64,000 bases of DNA, taken from assembly GCF_963921235.1 (NCBI RefSeq), contig NC_086108.1, positions 41,542,001-41,606,000 of the forward strand. Reading direction: 5' to 3'. Position numbers and translations under genes: made by a program. Below are positions 13,091-25,915 of this stretch, in pieces (within the stretch, counting starts at the first letter, position 1; the number at the start of each line of letters is the position of its first letter). The notes below the pieces were generated by a model. It did not search any database. It saw nothing but the letters and a program-made list of their open reading frames with translations, and had not been told where the DNA came from. Origin of the DNA: Mobula hypostoma. Taxonomy: Eukaryota.

Positions 13091-14739
13091 ACTCTCACCC
13101 CACTCTCACCCCACCTTCGCATAAGGAACAGGACTTTTAAAACACAATTGTAAATGGGATTATCTACTAAATTTATGTCTCGCCAGCAATGTGGGACTGT
13201 TATTGCTTTTGCCTTTTAATCTCACATTTGTTTCCCATTCCTTTGCTAATGGTGTGAATTTTTCCTGCCAGAATCAACAGCTCCAGTACCCCATCCAAGA
13301 AACCTTCCAAAATAAGTGAGCAGGAGGACCTAGAGCTTTGGGGATATTCATTTTTGAGTGCGGAACCAGGGATTATGACCCAAATGGTGAGGTTTAAGAT
13401 AGGCCATGGGTCCTGAAGTACACAGTGAAAACAGTAAATCAAGACTGAGGATTGCCTCACTCCTATTGTCACAGAAGCCTTCAGTAAGTGAGGTAGGGCT
13501 GACAGGGGTGAGTTTCCAGGCCTCAGTGTTGGACTACAGTGCAGAATAACACAAATAATGCCTTCACCTGCAATCTGCGAATGTCAATTTTCCACTTGGA
13601 ATTTGCAGTGCAAAGCAAGAACAATAACTCCATGTGACACCAGTTCTCTGCTGCCCTTACCGGTTAGATATTAATGATAATTTCAATGTCTCATAACTCT
13701 TTCCACGCTGGAGATGGTCTGAATGAGCATCAGGCAGACAGCACACACCCGTCCTGGCCTTTGCAGTATATTCCATGTGTCGTCAAGGACAAGTGGCTCA
13801 GCCGTTGTGTTGAATAGTTTCGCAGAGATGGCAAGGCTCCACTAATTCCCATTCCCATAGCAATTTATATTGACTCAATGTACCTATTTCATACAGTTAA
13901 AAATTTGCATTTTCCTTCATAGATACTGCCTAACTTGCTGAATTCCTCCTGCGTCTTGTGTGTTGCTACATATTCCAGCATCTGCAATCTCTTGTGTCTC
14001 CACTGTTCAAATTTAACTGTGCACTTGGACTAGTATCTGAATTTCCATAGAAACACCCCTAATTATGACCTTAAATGGGCCAGTTTTAGAAAAGTGTTTG
14101 GACTGTTGACTTGGTTTTCCTTTGCAAAAGAGGCTTTTTTTAAAATTTTTGCCGAAGTTGTATTACCTTGTGTGATATTGCTATAATAAAAAACTCTTTA
14201 CATTAGGTTGGACCTTTTATTTCAGTGCCTTTATTTATGCACAGAAATTTCAAACAAAACTATATTTCTTCCTCTGACTGCAGATAAAATAGCAGGACTA
14301 GAGCAGTATGTGGATGAATCCAAGGTAGTGAGCCCAACAATCTGATCTTGCAGAAAAATGTTTCATTCATGTACAATTGCCCTGAAGCTAATTGAGAAAA
14401 AAAAGGTGGGTTTGATTTCAGGATTTTAAATTTTAATTTTTAATAAAATTCAATAGGAATTTTAATTTTATATTCAACTATATAACATCTATTAATAGGT
14501 TTAATATATATAATAGATAATCAATTGAATAATAGGATCAGTATACGGCTCATCTTAATAACAAGAAAGGGAACAAAAACATTTCAAAATGTTAAGTTCA
14601 TATCAAGGATGGGTGAACTAAACTCTGTGAAATATCATTGCAGGGCTTTTTTTTTGTGTTTGTGTCAGGAAAAAGCAAAATGGTAAAAAGAAAGAAAGGT
14701 TTTGTCCAAATGACATCTTTTCATACTGCCCCAGAATAC

Positions 14740-15080
14740 TTGCAGCCAATGAAATGGAGCCACCATTGTAACAGAGGAAACACAACAGGCTAAATATGTA
14801 GAGCAAGTTCAGTAAGCAGGAGTATGGAAATGAGGAGTTAAATCTGTTTAACTCAGGGGAAAATGTCTCAGTAAAGAAACTGAGGAGGACACCTGCTCTC
14901 CTTTAAATGAGACTTTTACATTCACCTGAGAAAGCGAGGTTTGGTATTGCATCCACAAGACAATACTTGTGACAGCCCTTTTCCCACTACCTCTGTGGTG
15001 TGTCAGCCTAGAATTTCTACTCTGTAATGAGACCTAAACACATAATTTTCTGACCTGGAGTTAAGATTACTATAATTTGA
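14740..15080 (-). mobile_element. DeuSINE relic
   Basis: tgcagccaatgaa...cctgctctcctttaaatgagacttttacattcacctgaga...gtgtcagcctaga...ttctgacctggag. Confidence 0.65.
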
Positions 15081-16029
15081 AAACAAAAATCTGCTGGAAA
15101 TCTGAAAGAAAAACACAATTCACATTTCAAGACAAGAATCTGAAGTGATGAAATGTCACTGACCTGAAACAATAAATTGGTAACTTTTCTACAGATGTGC
15201 TTGACCTGCTGATTATTTCCTGCATTCTCTGGGTCTTGTCTGCTGTTGTTGGTGTAAACCCAAATTTTTCAGTATAAGTTCAGTAGTTCATGTTTGCACA
15301 GTCCTATGACATAACATAATAAGCTAAGTGCCTGAAGTCTGTAACCAAGTATTGAGAATAGCTAGACATAAGCAGTAGTTTCTGCAAATGAATAATGAGC
15401 ACAGTATGGCTTAGAATGCATAAAACTGCATTATCTTTAATGAAAGACTGACATTGGTTACCAGAATGCTGTTTGTAAAAGTATGATAGAAACTTGCATA
15501 TAGGCATGATGATGGGTAAGTGACTTAGAGCAGATCATAGCTTTTTGCATGCACAATCCAAATTTCAATCAGTATCCCCAAGGAAAACCTAAACCCATCA
15601 AGGAAGCTTTAGGTTTTAACACATGTACAGGAAGACTAAGAAAAGGGATGGAATTCCTACCACAGATCCAGTAGTTCTTGATTTGGTTTTAATACAATTA
15701 AAGCTGTAATTTTGTTGCCAAGCGGTAGTTTGTAGCTATGATGACTACCATCAGCTGCCGGAGCATACAGATATTCTCTGACTGTACATTCCTTGATAAT
15801 GTCAGCTCAGTATTTTTCCTTACATCATAATCTGAAAGAAAGAAGGAATTGCACTTGTTGCAGATGCTCAGCTTGGGAAGAGCTTCTGCTGTTCAGCCAA
15901 ATTTGCCTCCAAAGAGGTAGAAATTAATCCAATTTTGCTAAAAGTGAAATCTATGATGCCTAAATAAATGTGAACCCAAGCCAAAATTTGACACAGTAAC
16001 AGCTGTGCTTTGTGTTTTGATTCTGACAT

Positions 16030-16195
16030 TTGGTTCTGTTCAAATAAAGCGTCATCATCCAAGGACAAGTACCTCCCTTGGTACAGCATTGGTAAGGCAG
16101 CCTAAATTTTGTACTCCAGTGTCGGCAGCAGTGTTTTGCTGTACAACTTTGTGACTCAGAGGCTCAAGTACTTCCTGCTAAGGTATAACTAACTT
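16030..16195 (-). mobile_element. DeuSINE 5' relic
   Basis: cctcccttggtacagcattggtaaggcagcctaaattttgtactccagtgtc...tgtgactcagaggc. Confidence 0.5.
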
Positions 16196-16809
16196 CTTGT
16201 ATTTGTAGTACTGACTTTGTTCTATGAAATTACACACAGAGAAATATACTCATTATTTGTTGCTTCTCTGCAGAAACTTGGTCCATGCAGTTGTAGGAGT
16301 ACACAAGGACTACCAAGCCTACACTAGAACTCTAAACAAGCTATCCACTTTTCTTTTAAAATAACATTGGGTACTTCATGCTTACAGCTCTGAATAGGAT
16401 AAGTTATGATATTTCATTGTTCTGCTAATCTGCTTGAAAATATTTCCTAATTTACTCTATCAGAAAGTGTTGTTCACCTCCATCAAATCTGCTATTAACC
16501 CTCATTGCTGTATTGAAATGAAACTCGGTATCTCCAGGGCATCTTGTTAAATAAAGCCTGTCATTGCTGGCATTCAAAGCTCTCGTTTTCTTTTTATCAA
16601 ATATTCCTCTCAAAATTCTGTTTTGTCAGACATGATATTCTGTCCTAAAATAGTGCTGACTTTTGAACAGTGACGGACACCAAGGAAATTTGGGAATAAT
16701 GTGGGAACATGGATCAACCAGTGTGTGAGTCTCTGGCTCTAGGATCTCACTGAGCAAGTTTCAGTAGCCAAATGGCCTCTTTCTCCTTCACTTCCTTATA
16801 TTGTTGCCC

Positions 16810-17277
16810 CCCCCCCCAAAAAGACTAGCAAATTTCTACAGAAGTAGGGCGAAGAGCGTTCTGATGGTTACATCACCTCTTGGCATAGAAGCTCCAATGC
16901 AAGGGCTGTGGGCCATTGCAGACATATCTAGTTCCATCACGAACACAACCCTTCCCACCATCTTCGAAAGGTGGCATCTATCATTAGCCCTCATCACCCG
17001 GGACATGATCTCTTCTCATTACTACCATCAGGAATAAGGTACAGGAGCCTGAAGATGCACACTCAACATTTTAGGAACTGCTTCTTCCCTTCCACAATCA
17101 GATTTCTGATCAGTTCTTGAACCCTTGAACACTACCTTGTTATTTCTCTGTTACACTATTTATTTATTTATCATTGTGACTTATAGACTTGTGAAAGCTT
17201 TGCGCTGTACTGCTGCCACAAAACAACAAATTTCATAACATACTGTTGCCAGAGACAATAAACCTGATTCTGATTCT
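16810..17277 (+). mobile_element. Rex/Babar LINE 3' fragment
   Basis: PKRLANFYRS...ESVL and ctaccatcaggaataaggtacaggagcctgaag (decayed LPSGRRYRSLK motif); ends aataaacctgattctgattct. Confidence 0.85.
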
Positions 17278-17339
17278 CGGTGTTACATGTTTCATAACAT
17301 TTTAACATTTTTTTCTACAGATGTCTGAATCACTGGCCA

Positions 17340-17545
17340 AGATTTCCCAAAATATTCTAGGCCAATATTTTCCTTCAAACAATACCATGAGTAAACAGAA
17401 TGGTTCCCCTTTTATCCTACTGTTATCAGGGGAACTTGCTGTGCGCAAGCTGGCTGTCTCATTTGCCTGTGCAATGGTTATTTTGGCTGTGAACTGATTT
17501 GGGACATCCTGAAGATGTTAGAGACACTTTATAAATAAATCTTAA
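17340..17545 (+). mobile_element. DeuSINE 3' half relic
   Basis: ggccaatattttccttcaa...gaacttgctgtgcgcaagctggctgtc...tttgggacatcctgaag...ttataaataaatctt. Confidence 0.6.
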
Positions 17546-19127
17546 CAACTTCATCACAAAAAACAAGGCTGAATGCTGATGTTGTGCTTGGTCACTGACA
17601 TTAACTGCCCAGCTCTAACAATGCTCAGCTTGCCAAGTGTGACTTAGGCCTGAATAGTTGCAGAATATTTTGTAATTGGATCAGATTTCAGACTTTAAAT
17701 GTGCTGCTAGAATCGGGATTGCTGTCCAATGGAAGTGAATGGAGGATTTAGTTGGTTAGTTAAATCTGTAGGCTGAGATCAAAAATGATTTGGAATCAAG
17801 ACAGAGTCCTGGGAATGAGAGAGAAAAAGCAATGCAATATAAATCGAATAGAATGAATATGCCATATTTTAAAGGGATTTTTTTTCCTGAGTGGATTGTC
17901 TGCAGATTGCTCAGCCAGATGTAATGCCAATAATTTTCAGTTATTATTCTGCTGCCCTGCAGTGTTTGTGGCTGATGCAGCCCAGAGCCCAGAATTCACG
18001 CTCACTGCGTGTATCTGACTGAGAGACGGAAACAGATGTTCTTGGGACAATACAGCTTGTTGTCACCAGCCATGGTCTGTGGGCACTCATCCCATTTTGT
18101 ATTTGTTGTATTGACTGGAAACAACACAAAGGGAGTGATCCTTGCCTGAGAAGAAGAACTTGCCATTATGGGATAGCTCATTGTTTAAAGGAAGATCCGT
18201 AGAGAGCTAGGGGTTTTCTCACTTGCAGGCATCACAGGCAAGCTTTCAGACTGTGAAATGCCCGCTATTTTCAGCCAAATGTTCTCTTTGAACGTCTGCT
18301 CGCATTGAGTATAAATGGACCCAGTCCAGATCCGTGTGGACCCCTTTTAATAAAGTTGTTTCTAATTTAAGTTTAATTTGCATTAAATTGGCTTTTTCGT
18401 TAAAATGCACTCGGGATAGTTGGTGTTAGAAAGGGCTCATTGAGTTGTGTCATGGAATGTTTATCATCCATTTAAACAGCAAACAAGACCTTGAGTTAAC
18501 ATCTGAGGACAAATTGGCTGCAAGAATGCAGTCCATAATATAAACCAGAATATCAGCTCGATGTATTTCTAACTCACAAGCAAGAATCCTACTGACTAAT
18601 ATTATAGAATCATTTTCCTGATTTATGTTACTGTTTGTTACTTGGCTGAATTTCATACTTCCTTTGGTGAGCTGTGTTCTAGCGGAGTTCTGTGTAAATG
18701 AAAACACTGAGAGTGAGACCATTTAGCAATTCTGTGCAATGGGGTGATTGGGAATTTGTGAGGCAGCCCTTGATTAATTCCTTAAGAAAAAATTTAGCAT
18801 TTATGATCAAAGACAAACCAAATAGTATAACCAAGGTCTTCAGAAATTCTGCCTCAACTGTTTTCAAACTGTACCAGGTGCTGTATCTAGCCTAAATTAT
18901 TTCTGTATTTGCCAGTTGCATGTACAGATTGGAGACTTCAGATGCTTTCAAGAACTTTCACCAATAGTAATCTTTATAGTAACGTGTTAATCCAGCATGC
19001 TCAGCACTTTGGAAGGACTGGGCTGTCAGATTTTCTGAACAATAGGATATAACTTTTTTTAATACACTAATATAATTCTAATTCACATTTTTGAGATAAC
19101 CCACTGTGGTAGAATAACTTTTCCAGT

Positions 19128-19335
19128 GAGCTCAATAAGTTTCAAAAGTGTCTGAGGAGAGAGGGGAGGATCCATTGAGTTTAAAGTGAGCAAGGAACTG
19201 GGGCCCCAATGAATTTAAGTGAACCATGGGAAACAGTACCCCGGTGAATTTAAAAGGAGTGTGGGAAACAGAACCCTATGAGTTTCAAGGGACCATGGGA
19301 AACAGTACCTCAATGAATTTCAAGGAAGTACAAGA
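19128..19335. repeat. ~35-bp minisatellite (5-6 decayed units), possibly inside an old Tigger/pogo-like MITE (~18980-19458)
   Basis: Units such as atgaatttaagtgaaccatgggaaacagtaccccg / gtgaatttaaaaggagtgtgggaaacagaaccct / atgagtttcaagggaccatgggaaacagtacctca; weak TIR-like ends at ~18980 and ~19440-19458. Confidence 0.7.
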
Positions 19336-20860
19336 GCGGGCCTTAGCATGACATCACCAGGAATCTAAAGTGCACAGAGGAAATATCACCTGGTCAGTTA
19401 GATGCCAAATGATTGACAATCCCAAACAATTGGATAATGCATTATCAGATTTTATTGTTCTTTCAGAAAAGTCACTGCTAGATGGGTTTAGCTTTGGTCA
19501 TCCTCAAGTTTGAGATACTTCATCTGTCCTCTAAAGGTGAACGTCACTTTCTACTTGGATCAAGATTCCCACAGTCTGATTATAAATGATCATTATTTTT
19601 TATCGTTCGCTCTGTCTTTGACATGGCCTTTGTTCACTGGGTTTAACATGACTTTTCTATGTTCCTGAGGTTTGCTGAATAGTCTATGTTCCATGTCTGC
19701 ACAACCTGAGGCACGATTAGTAATGCAAGATTTCGAGTGCAGCGTGCAACGCTGATCAGTGAATTTCTCTGTGATTTTCCTGTTGTCATAGACATTATCC
19801 ATGGAGAAAATGTGATAAACTCACTGTCTGAAGTCTGTTCAATTGAATATTGTGACAGGGTATAATTTGCCACAGCTGTTGCCCAATCATCAGTTCTTTT
19901 CACTTAATGTTTGATGCAAGAGGAAAAGGCTGTATGTGGTCACATATGCCTGGAAATTGGACCCGCATTGTCAGATTTTATGTGTAAATCTCTCAGAAAG
20001 TGTATTTTGTCCATGTTATAAAGTGTATGAAACCATTTCATATTGAGACATCCTGCTACCAGGAAATTCCATCAGATGCTTCCTGTCTAATTCACCCTTC
20101 ATGTGGATGTCTGTACATTATAATGTAGATGGAATGCACTCATGATGATGTCATCAGTGTGCACATCACACATTATTTACTTCCCAAAAGAACCTGGATC
20201 ACGTCACAACATATGTTATTAACTCTCAGCAAAAAAGAATACATCAGCCGAAGAGTAGTGACCCATGCATCATTGAAAGTATTCCCTACTGGAATGTTAT
20301 TTTTACATTTCATCAATCTCCCTTAATTATTTCAATATTTTAAAAATCTCACCACCAGCTGAGCACAGATGAAATCCTGCGTGTTGTGATATCGTCAGGC
20401 CCCAGGTACCTTAGTCTGTGGCTCTGATGCCAACATGACTTGGACCACACTCAGCGCAGAGTACCTCTCGTCGTTGTGTCTCTGCAGTTACAGCCCCATT
20501 TACTTTCATCTCCCCACAGTTTGTCACAATCACCCCATTTCATTTCTGCTCATCTCCTTCACATCCTGAAATGACACAGCAGTAACCTGCTGAACTGTGC
20601 ACACTGGGATTAAACTCTTCTTAAAAGGAGGAAGGAAGAGCAACAATTTTGAAAAGTGTGCTTCCCCTTCTTTTGCTGTTATATTTTGGTGAGACCCTGA
20701 CTTGGCAGCAGGGCAAAATGCCATGTTCATTCAGACACCAAAAATACGTGAAATCCAATTTCCAGCTACTATTCTTTGCAGCCAATGTACATGACATATA
20801 TTTTGTAATAGAATGTAAAGGATGAGTTTAGTTAGCCTGTTATTTACAGAATCATGATAT

Positions 20861-21577
20861 CAGACATCCCACCTCTCCTGGAAGTTCCAGGAGTCTCCCG
20901 CATATTAATAGTGGCTCCCTGATGCCCGCAAATTATATACAATGTCCCGGAAATCAATTTTTTGAGAGCGAGCGAGCAAGAGAGAGAAAGCAAGAGAAAA
21001 CACGAGAGCAACCACGAGAGAGAGCGCGCGAGCGAGAGAGCGAGAGAGAAAGCAAGAGACAGCGCGAGATAGAGAGCGCGAGAGCGACCACGAGAGAGCA
21101 CGTGAAAGAGAGAGTGAGAGCAAGCAAGCGAGAGCACGCGAGTGAGAGAGAAAGCAAGCGACAGCGCGATAGAGCGAGCACGAGAGAGACCGAGAAAAAG
21201 AGAGAGAGAGAGAGAACGCACACCATGGGAGGATGTTCCAAAAAAAAGAAAATATAAAACGTACGTCACCCCAGACTACACTAAACTGTACCCCTGCCTA
21301 ATAGGGGTCAAAATAATGACAGTGCGGCTCACTGCACTGTTTGCAACAGTGAATTTTCTATTGCCCATGGCGGGTTAAGACTGTAAAAGACGTGTTGAGG
21401 TGAGTTTAACAGATGTCATTCGTTCATTAGCATAGCTAACGTTATTTAAACTAGCTGGCTAGCTGCTAACGTGCTACTCTATTGCAGACATCCCACCTCT
21501 CCTGGAAGTTCTGAGAGTCTCCCGCAAATTGATGGTGCTACCTCCCTGAAATGAGTTTTTGCAGGGTGGGATGTCTG
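20861..21577 (+). mobile_element. Non-autonomous TIR DNA transposon, copy A (13-bp TIR CAGACATCCCACC, 6-bp TSD TGATAT)
   Basis: TIRs at 20861-20873 and 21565-21577; TSD tgatat at 20855-20860 and 21578-21583; internal GA/GC-rich microsatellite ~20963-21215. Confidence 0.92.
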
Positions 21578-24452
21578 TGATATCTTAAAAAAAAATGAGC
21601 GCTCTGTAGCAATCTTTGACAGCAAGTAGGTTAGTCAAATCATTTCTGCTGGAGACACTGATTGTCAAATACTTACGTCTTTCTATATGCAACTTCTTTG
21701 CTCACTCACTGACTTAGCAGGGACATTATTACACCAAGATAAATGTCTGCGATCAAGAGGCTGACACAGTGGGTGGTGCCACAGCTTTAATTTCTGAATC
21801 AGGATTTCAAACTAGTTTAGATTCTTGATGGCTGCTGCCACAACGCACACAATGTCAAATGACATTGTTAGGCTTATTCTAATTTCTAGGGGGCAACAGC
21901 CTCCTTTGCTCTCTCTAATCTCCGACTCCATACACTGTCACTCAGAAAAGCCCATATGACAGTAGGTGTAAGAAATTAATAAACTAGTTAAATTGATACA
22001 ACCTGGGTGCTTTTCTGACGTTAGAACATGTTGCTGGCATAGGTTGGAAGGGTGTTAGTCATTTATTTTCAGGTACCTAATCCAGCAGACGTTAAGGTAG
22101 ATTTTCCTGTGAATCAATTGTGGAGGGAATTCAGAAGGGATGACTGCACCCTTAATGCAGACCACCCTATTCCATCCATTACTTTTAATGTGTGCATCAT
22201 TTCTGAAGAATCCATTATGAGGATGCATTGAGATTTTCTTCTTTAATTCCATGTCAGGAAGCCAAATGCAATCAAGGGCAAGAACAGGAAAATCTACTCC
22301 AAGGTTGTTAACTAATGGCCTTGTAAATGAGTAGCTGGCAATGACAGTGCGTGGATTACATCTATTTTCTGCTGTTAGGTTGTGTTTAAGTGTTTGAGAA
22401 AGGTATGCCATTAACTGGTTCACTATTTCCCCTAGTACCCTTTGGAAGTTCAGAAATGAACATGAAATGTGCTATGTGAATGTTTTCAAATTCTCATCTA
22501 GGAGAGGATTGGTTTATGTGCTTTGAACAATTAAAGTTGATTGTTTATTCTTTTCTAAGCTCTGGAAATGAATTAAAGCAACTCTAAGTCAATTACCTTA
22601 CGAAATTCAGTCTCACTTTAAGCAGAATGAGGGTGGGGGTGGTTATGGAGGTTATGGAGGTTATGGGAGGCTATTGGAGCGTCTCAGATTCCTATTTAAT
22701 CAATTGGGTTTATAGATCAGTGTGCAGAGCTTCCCTGCTGGTGACAGTTTCCCTGTGAAAATAGCAAAGACCTGCTGATGCTAATGTGAATCCCCCAGCA
22801 TATGCTGGGACTGAAAAAAAATACAAAAACACATACCAGACATTTAATACCGAGGAGGGGAGAAGTTTTGGCCAATGCTCCAAGAGTGTCTTCATCTCAG
22901 GCCGTCCTTGCAACAACATCCATGGTTTATATAAGCAACACAGTCAGCTTGTGAGAATCTACAAATGGACGCTATTCTCTCAGACAGGTCAAGAGACAAT
23001 GGGAGCCTGTCAGCTGTTGTCCAAATACAACAATTCAATCTTCAGTAATGTACTTTGCATTTGGGACTCTGAAAGGGTTAAAATTTCCTCATGTATTGAC
23101 TGCTTCCAGTGAAAATTAGTTGGCTGAAACTTGACAAAGGCTCCTTTTATTTTCTGAATGTATATATTAATGAGACCTACTCTCCAACAGAGTTAATTAT
23201 TTAAGCAGAGACCCAGGGTCCGTTGTTTTACTCACTGACAATATTTTCACCTCATGTCTGTGTCACAAAGGTCACCTGGTGCAGAGCTGACAAAGTGCCT
23301 TTCACCGTCACCATGCTCGTGGCAGAGATTTGTAACTATGTCCCTGCTCCACTGGCTTTGAATTATACTGCGAGCCTCTCTGTTTTATATTACAGAGTAG
23401 GAAGATGAACAGGGAGTGAAAATAAAATCAAGGGCAGGAGATCATGGTGAAGGACAAGAGTAGACAGGTGTAAGGTTAATGACTCTAAAGTGTATCCACA
23501 AGCGCCTGTGGCTTGATGTATGGGCTTTGGACCTGAAATGGGCATTGGCTTTTAAAAGATATATTATTTCATTTGAGAACTTGCATTCCAAAGTTCCTGC
23601 ATTTGTCCACTGATAGATGATCTGCCGCACACAATAGGCGATGGCGTGTGAGTTTTGCTTTGGCCTCATCCTACATGTAAAAATTCTGCTGAGCTCTTCA
23701 ACCTTTCGCATTCCTCTCGAAATCTGACGTGTGCTCACAGTGGCCAGGAACCTCTGTTTCATGGCTGCTATTTCAGAGTCTGGCTGTAATTGTATCTGCC
23801 TGTTTGGGAGAATAGCTGGCAGGGTGAGGTGGGGGCTGGGGGGGGGAGAGGGTTTTGGATGACAGTTCATTCATAAATAATCTGGCAACAAGCAAACTTG
23901 TAAGCTGTCAAAAAGGGGAGCGCAGTCATCATCAGCACCATGAGCCTGTTATTTTTTTCCAAAATACTATAGATGCAGGAAGTCTGACATAAAATTAGAC
24001 TTTCAAATTTGAACCTATAACTCTTAGAGAAAGCAAGGACTGAACTTCCAGTCTCTGATCATTTTAATTTTCTATCCTTCTCCCACTCTGACTCCTCGTT
24101 CATCAGTCTTAGGCATTGTTGCAAAGATGCCCACCAGAAACTCGAAAGCAACTCATCTTCTTTCCTGGCATACTGTTGCCATTTAATTTTAATACTGAAC
24201 TTAACAACTTCAGGTGAATCGCAGTCTTTCCTTGCCTTCACTAACATGGCTGCACCTTTCTGTTTCAATTCATTACATTTTTCTTTTCTGTCTCAAACAA
24301 TCGGTTTTTAAAGAACAGACCATCCCCAGGTAGCGAAAGAATTCTGTTTTTACATATTTCCAAGAGGCAATTTTGTCCATAAGTTGGTAGATGCACAAAA
24401 ATGACTTGACAAGGTAAACTCATTTCCACAGTATTGTAATGAATGGCATGAA

Positions 24453-24860
24453 AATTGAATTGAATTGACTTTATTTCTTATATCCTTCACATACATGAGG
24501 AGTAAAAATCTTTATGTTACATCGTCTAAATGTGCAATGTTCAATCATAGTAATTTATAATAAATAGACCAGTCAATGCCACATAGAAATACACTCAAAT
24601 CAGCGTGAGTTAATCAGTCTGATGGCCTGGTGGAAGAAGCTGTCCCGGAGACTGTTGGTCCTGGCCTTTATGCTGCGGTACCGCTTCCCAGATGGTAGCA
24701 GCTGGAACAGATTGTGGCTTGGGTGACTCGAGTCCCCAATGATCCTTCAGGCCCTTTTTACACACTTGTGTTTGTAAATGTCCCAATTCATGGGAAGTTC
24801 ACAACTACAGATGTGCTGGGCTGTCTGCACCACTCTCTGCAGAATCCTGCGATTGAGGGA
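24453..24860 (-). mobile_element. Rex/Babar LINE 3' fragment
   Basis: ORF 24747..25031(-) ends RRILQRVVQTAQHICSCELPMNWDIYKHKCVKRA; (AATTG)n tail at 24453-24468. Confidence 0.85.
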
Positions 24861-25704
24861 TAAAAACAAATAAAGCTGTGAAAAAAGAACAATTACTAAA
24901 AGTAGAGGGGGGTGGGAACTAAGGATGATGTTCATAAGTACATACATTAGACTTTTACATTTAATGATATTATGTGAGTTCATTTGTACACAGGATGTTC
25001 CGTAAGTCAGGCACTGATGACCCAGGGACACTGCGTAGTGTTATCTTAACAACTTTTGCCTGCAGCCTTTGACCAATATTAATCTGCATTCTTTTGTGCC
25101 CTCTACATTTAAAGTATGCCTGACTTCACATTTTTCTAATTCTGTTGATGAGGTGCTTGACCCAATATTTTTCTCCCCACTGATGCTGTTGACCTGCTAA
25201 GCTCTTCCTGTATTTTCTGCTTTTGTTTCAGATTTCCTGTAACCTTGTCTATTAGTTCTTCCAATCAAGTTTTTGCTCCTTCACTGCAATCCTCTTCATG
25301 AGCTCTTCATTGTGAATCTTTCCTTGATCTTTTAGATCTATCCGAAACCTTTGCCATGTTTCATACACTGCTCTTCTCCAGTTCTGCAGCTGGTAGGGAT
25401 TGTTCATCTGTTTATCCAGGAGTTACCAAAGAGTTACCTGCAATCACTTCTCTGACCCATCTCATAATGTTACCTCTGCTGTTCCTACAGACCTATCCTG
25501 GCTCCCCCAGGCCTCATCCATATGCTACCCACGAGGAATAACATCTTAGTTCTCACGTGCATACTCATCTCTACCTCATCAGATCATTCATCTAATGTTA
25601 AGTGGCGGATGAACAAGCATTTCTCGAAATAAAGACTAGGAGAGCCTTTGACTTCCCCATCACAAAAGTCTGTTCCTTGGCCAGTGACGTTACTCTGCTT
25701 CCAG

Positions 25705-25915
25705 GCAACTTTCTGAACACAAGAAACTCTGCGCCTGCTGGAAATCCAAAGTATTTCACACAAAATACTGGAGGAATTCAACAGGTCGAGCAGCATCCAT
25801 GAAGACGTATAAACCATCAGCATTTTGGGCCGAGACTCTTATCAGGACTTCAATGAAAGGTCCCAATGACAGGTCTCATCCTGAACCGTTGTCTGTTCAT
25901 TCCTCTCCATAAAGG
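25705..25915. mobile_element. Penelope-derived palindromic terminal element with two back-to-back hammerhead-like remnants
   Basis: aactctgcgcctgctggaaatcc...ggaggaattcaacaggtcgagcagcatc; antisense HHR-like segment 25818-25849 and sense copy ~25858-25895. Confidence 0.65.

Noticed and set aside
13272..13386. Possible exon after a good pyrimidine tract (cctgccag|...|gtgagg)
   Set aside because: Stop codons in all three frames; nothing else supports a non-coding exon.
19128..19335. CRISPR-like array (also 61066-61345)
   Set aside because: Units are contiguous diverged tandem repeats without unique spacers; vertebrate context and no cas genes.
19900..20210. Possible very old Gypsy integrase end and short LTR (tgtggatg...cacaaca)
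   Set aside because: Too decayed; no clear PPT, TSD or protein motif.
20844..21269. Overlapping Arg/Glu- or Ser/Leu-rich ORFs (also 28028-28428)
   Set aside because: They are translations of the GA/GC microsatellite inside the transposon, which lacks stop codons in several frames.
22073..22096. Possible 24-nt micro-exon (tttcag|...AAG|gtagat, VPNPADVK)
   Set aside because: Weak donor and no recognisable protein; such matches are expected by chance.
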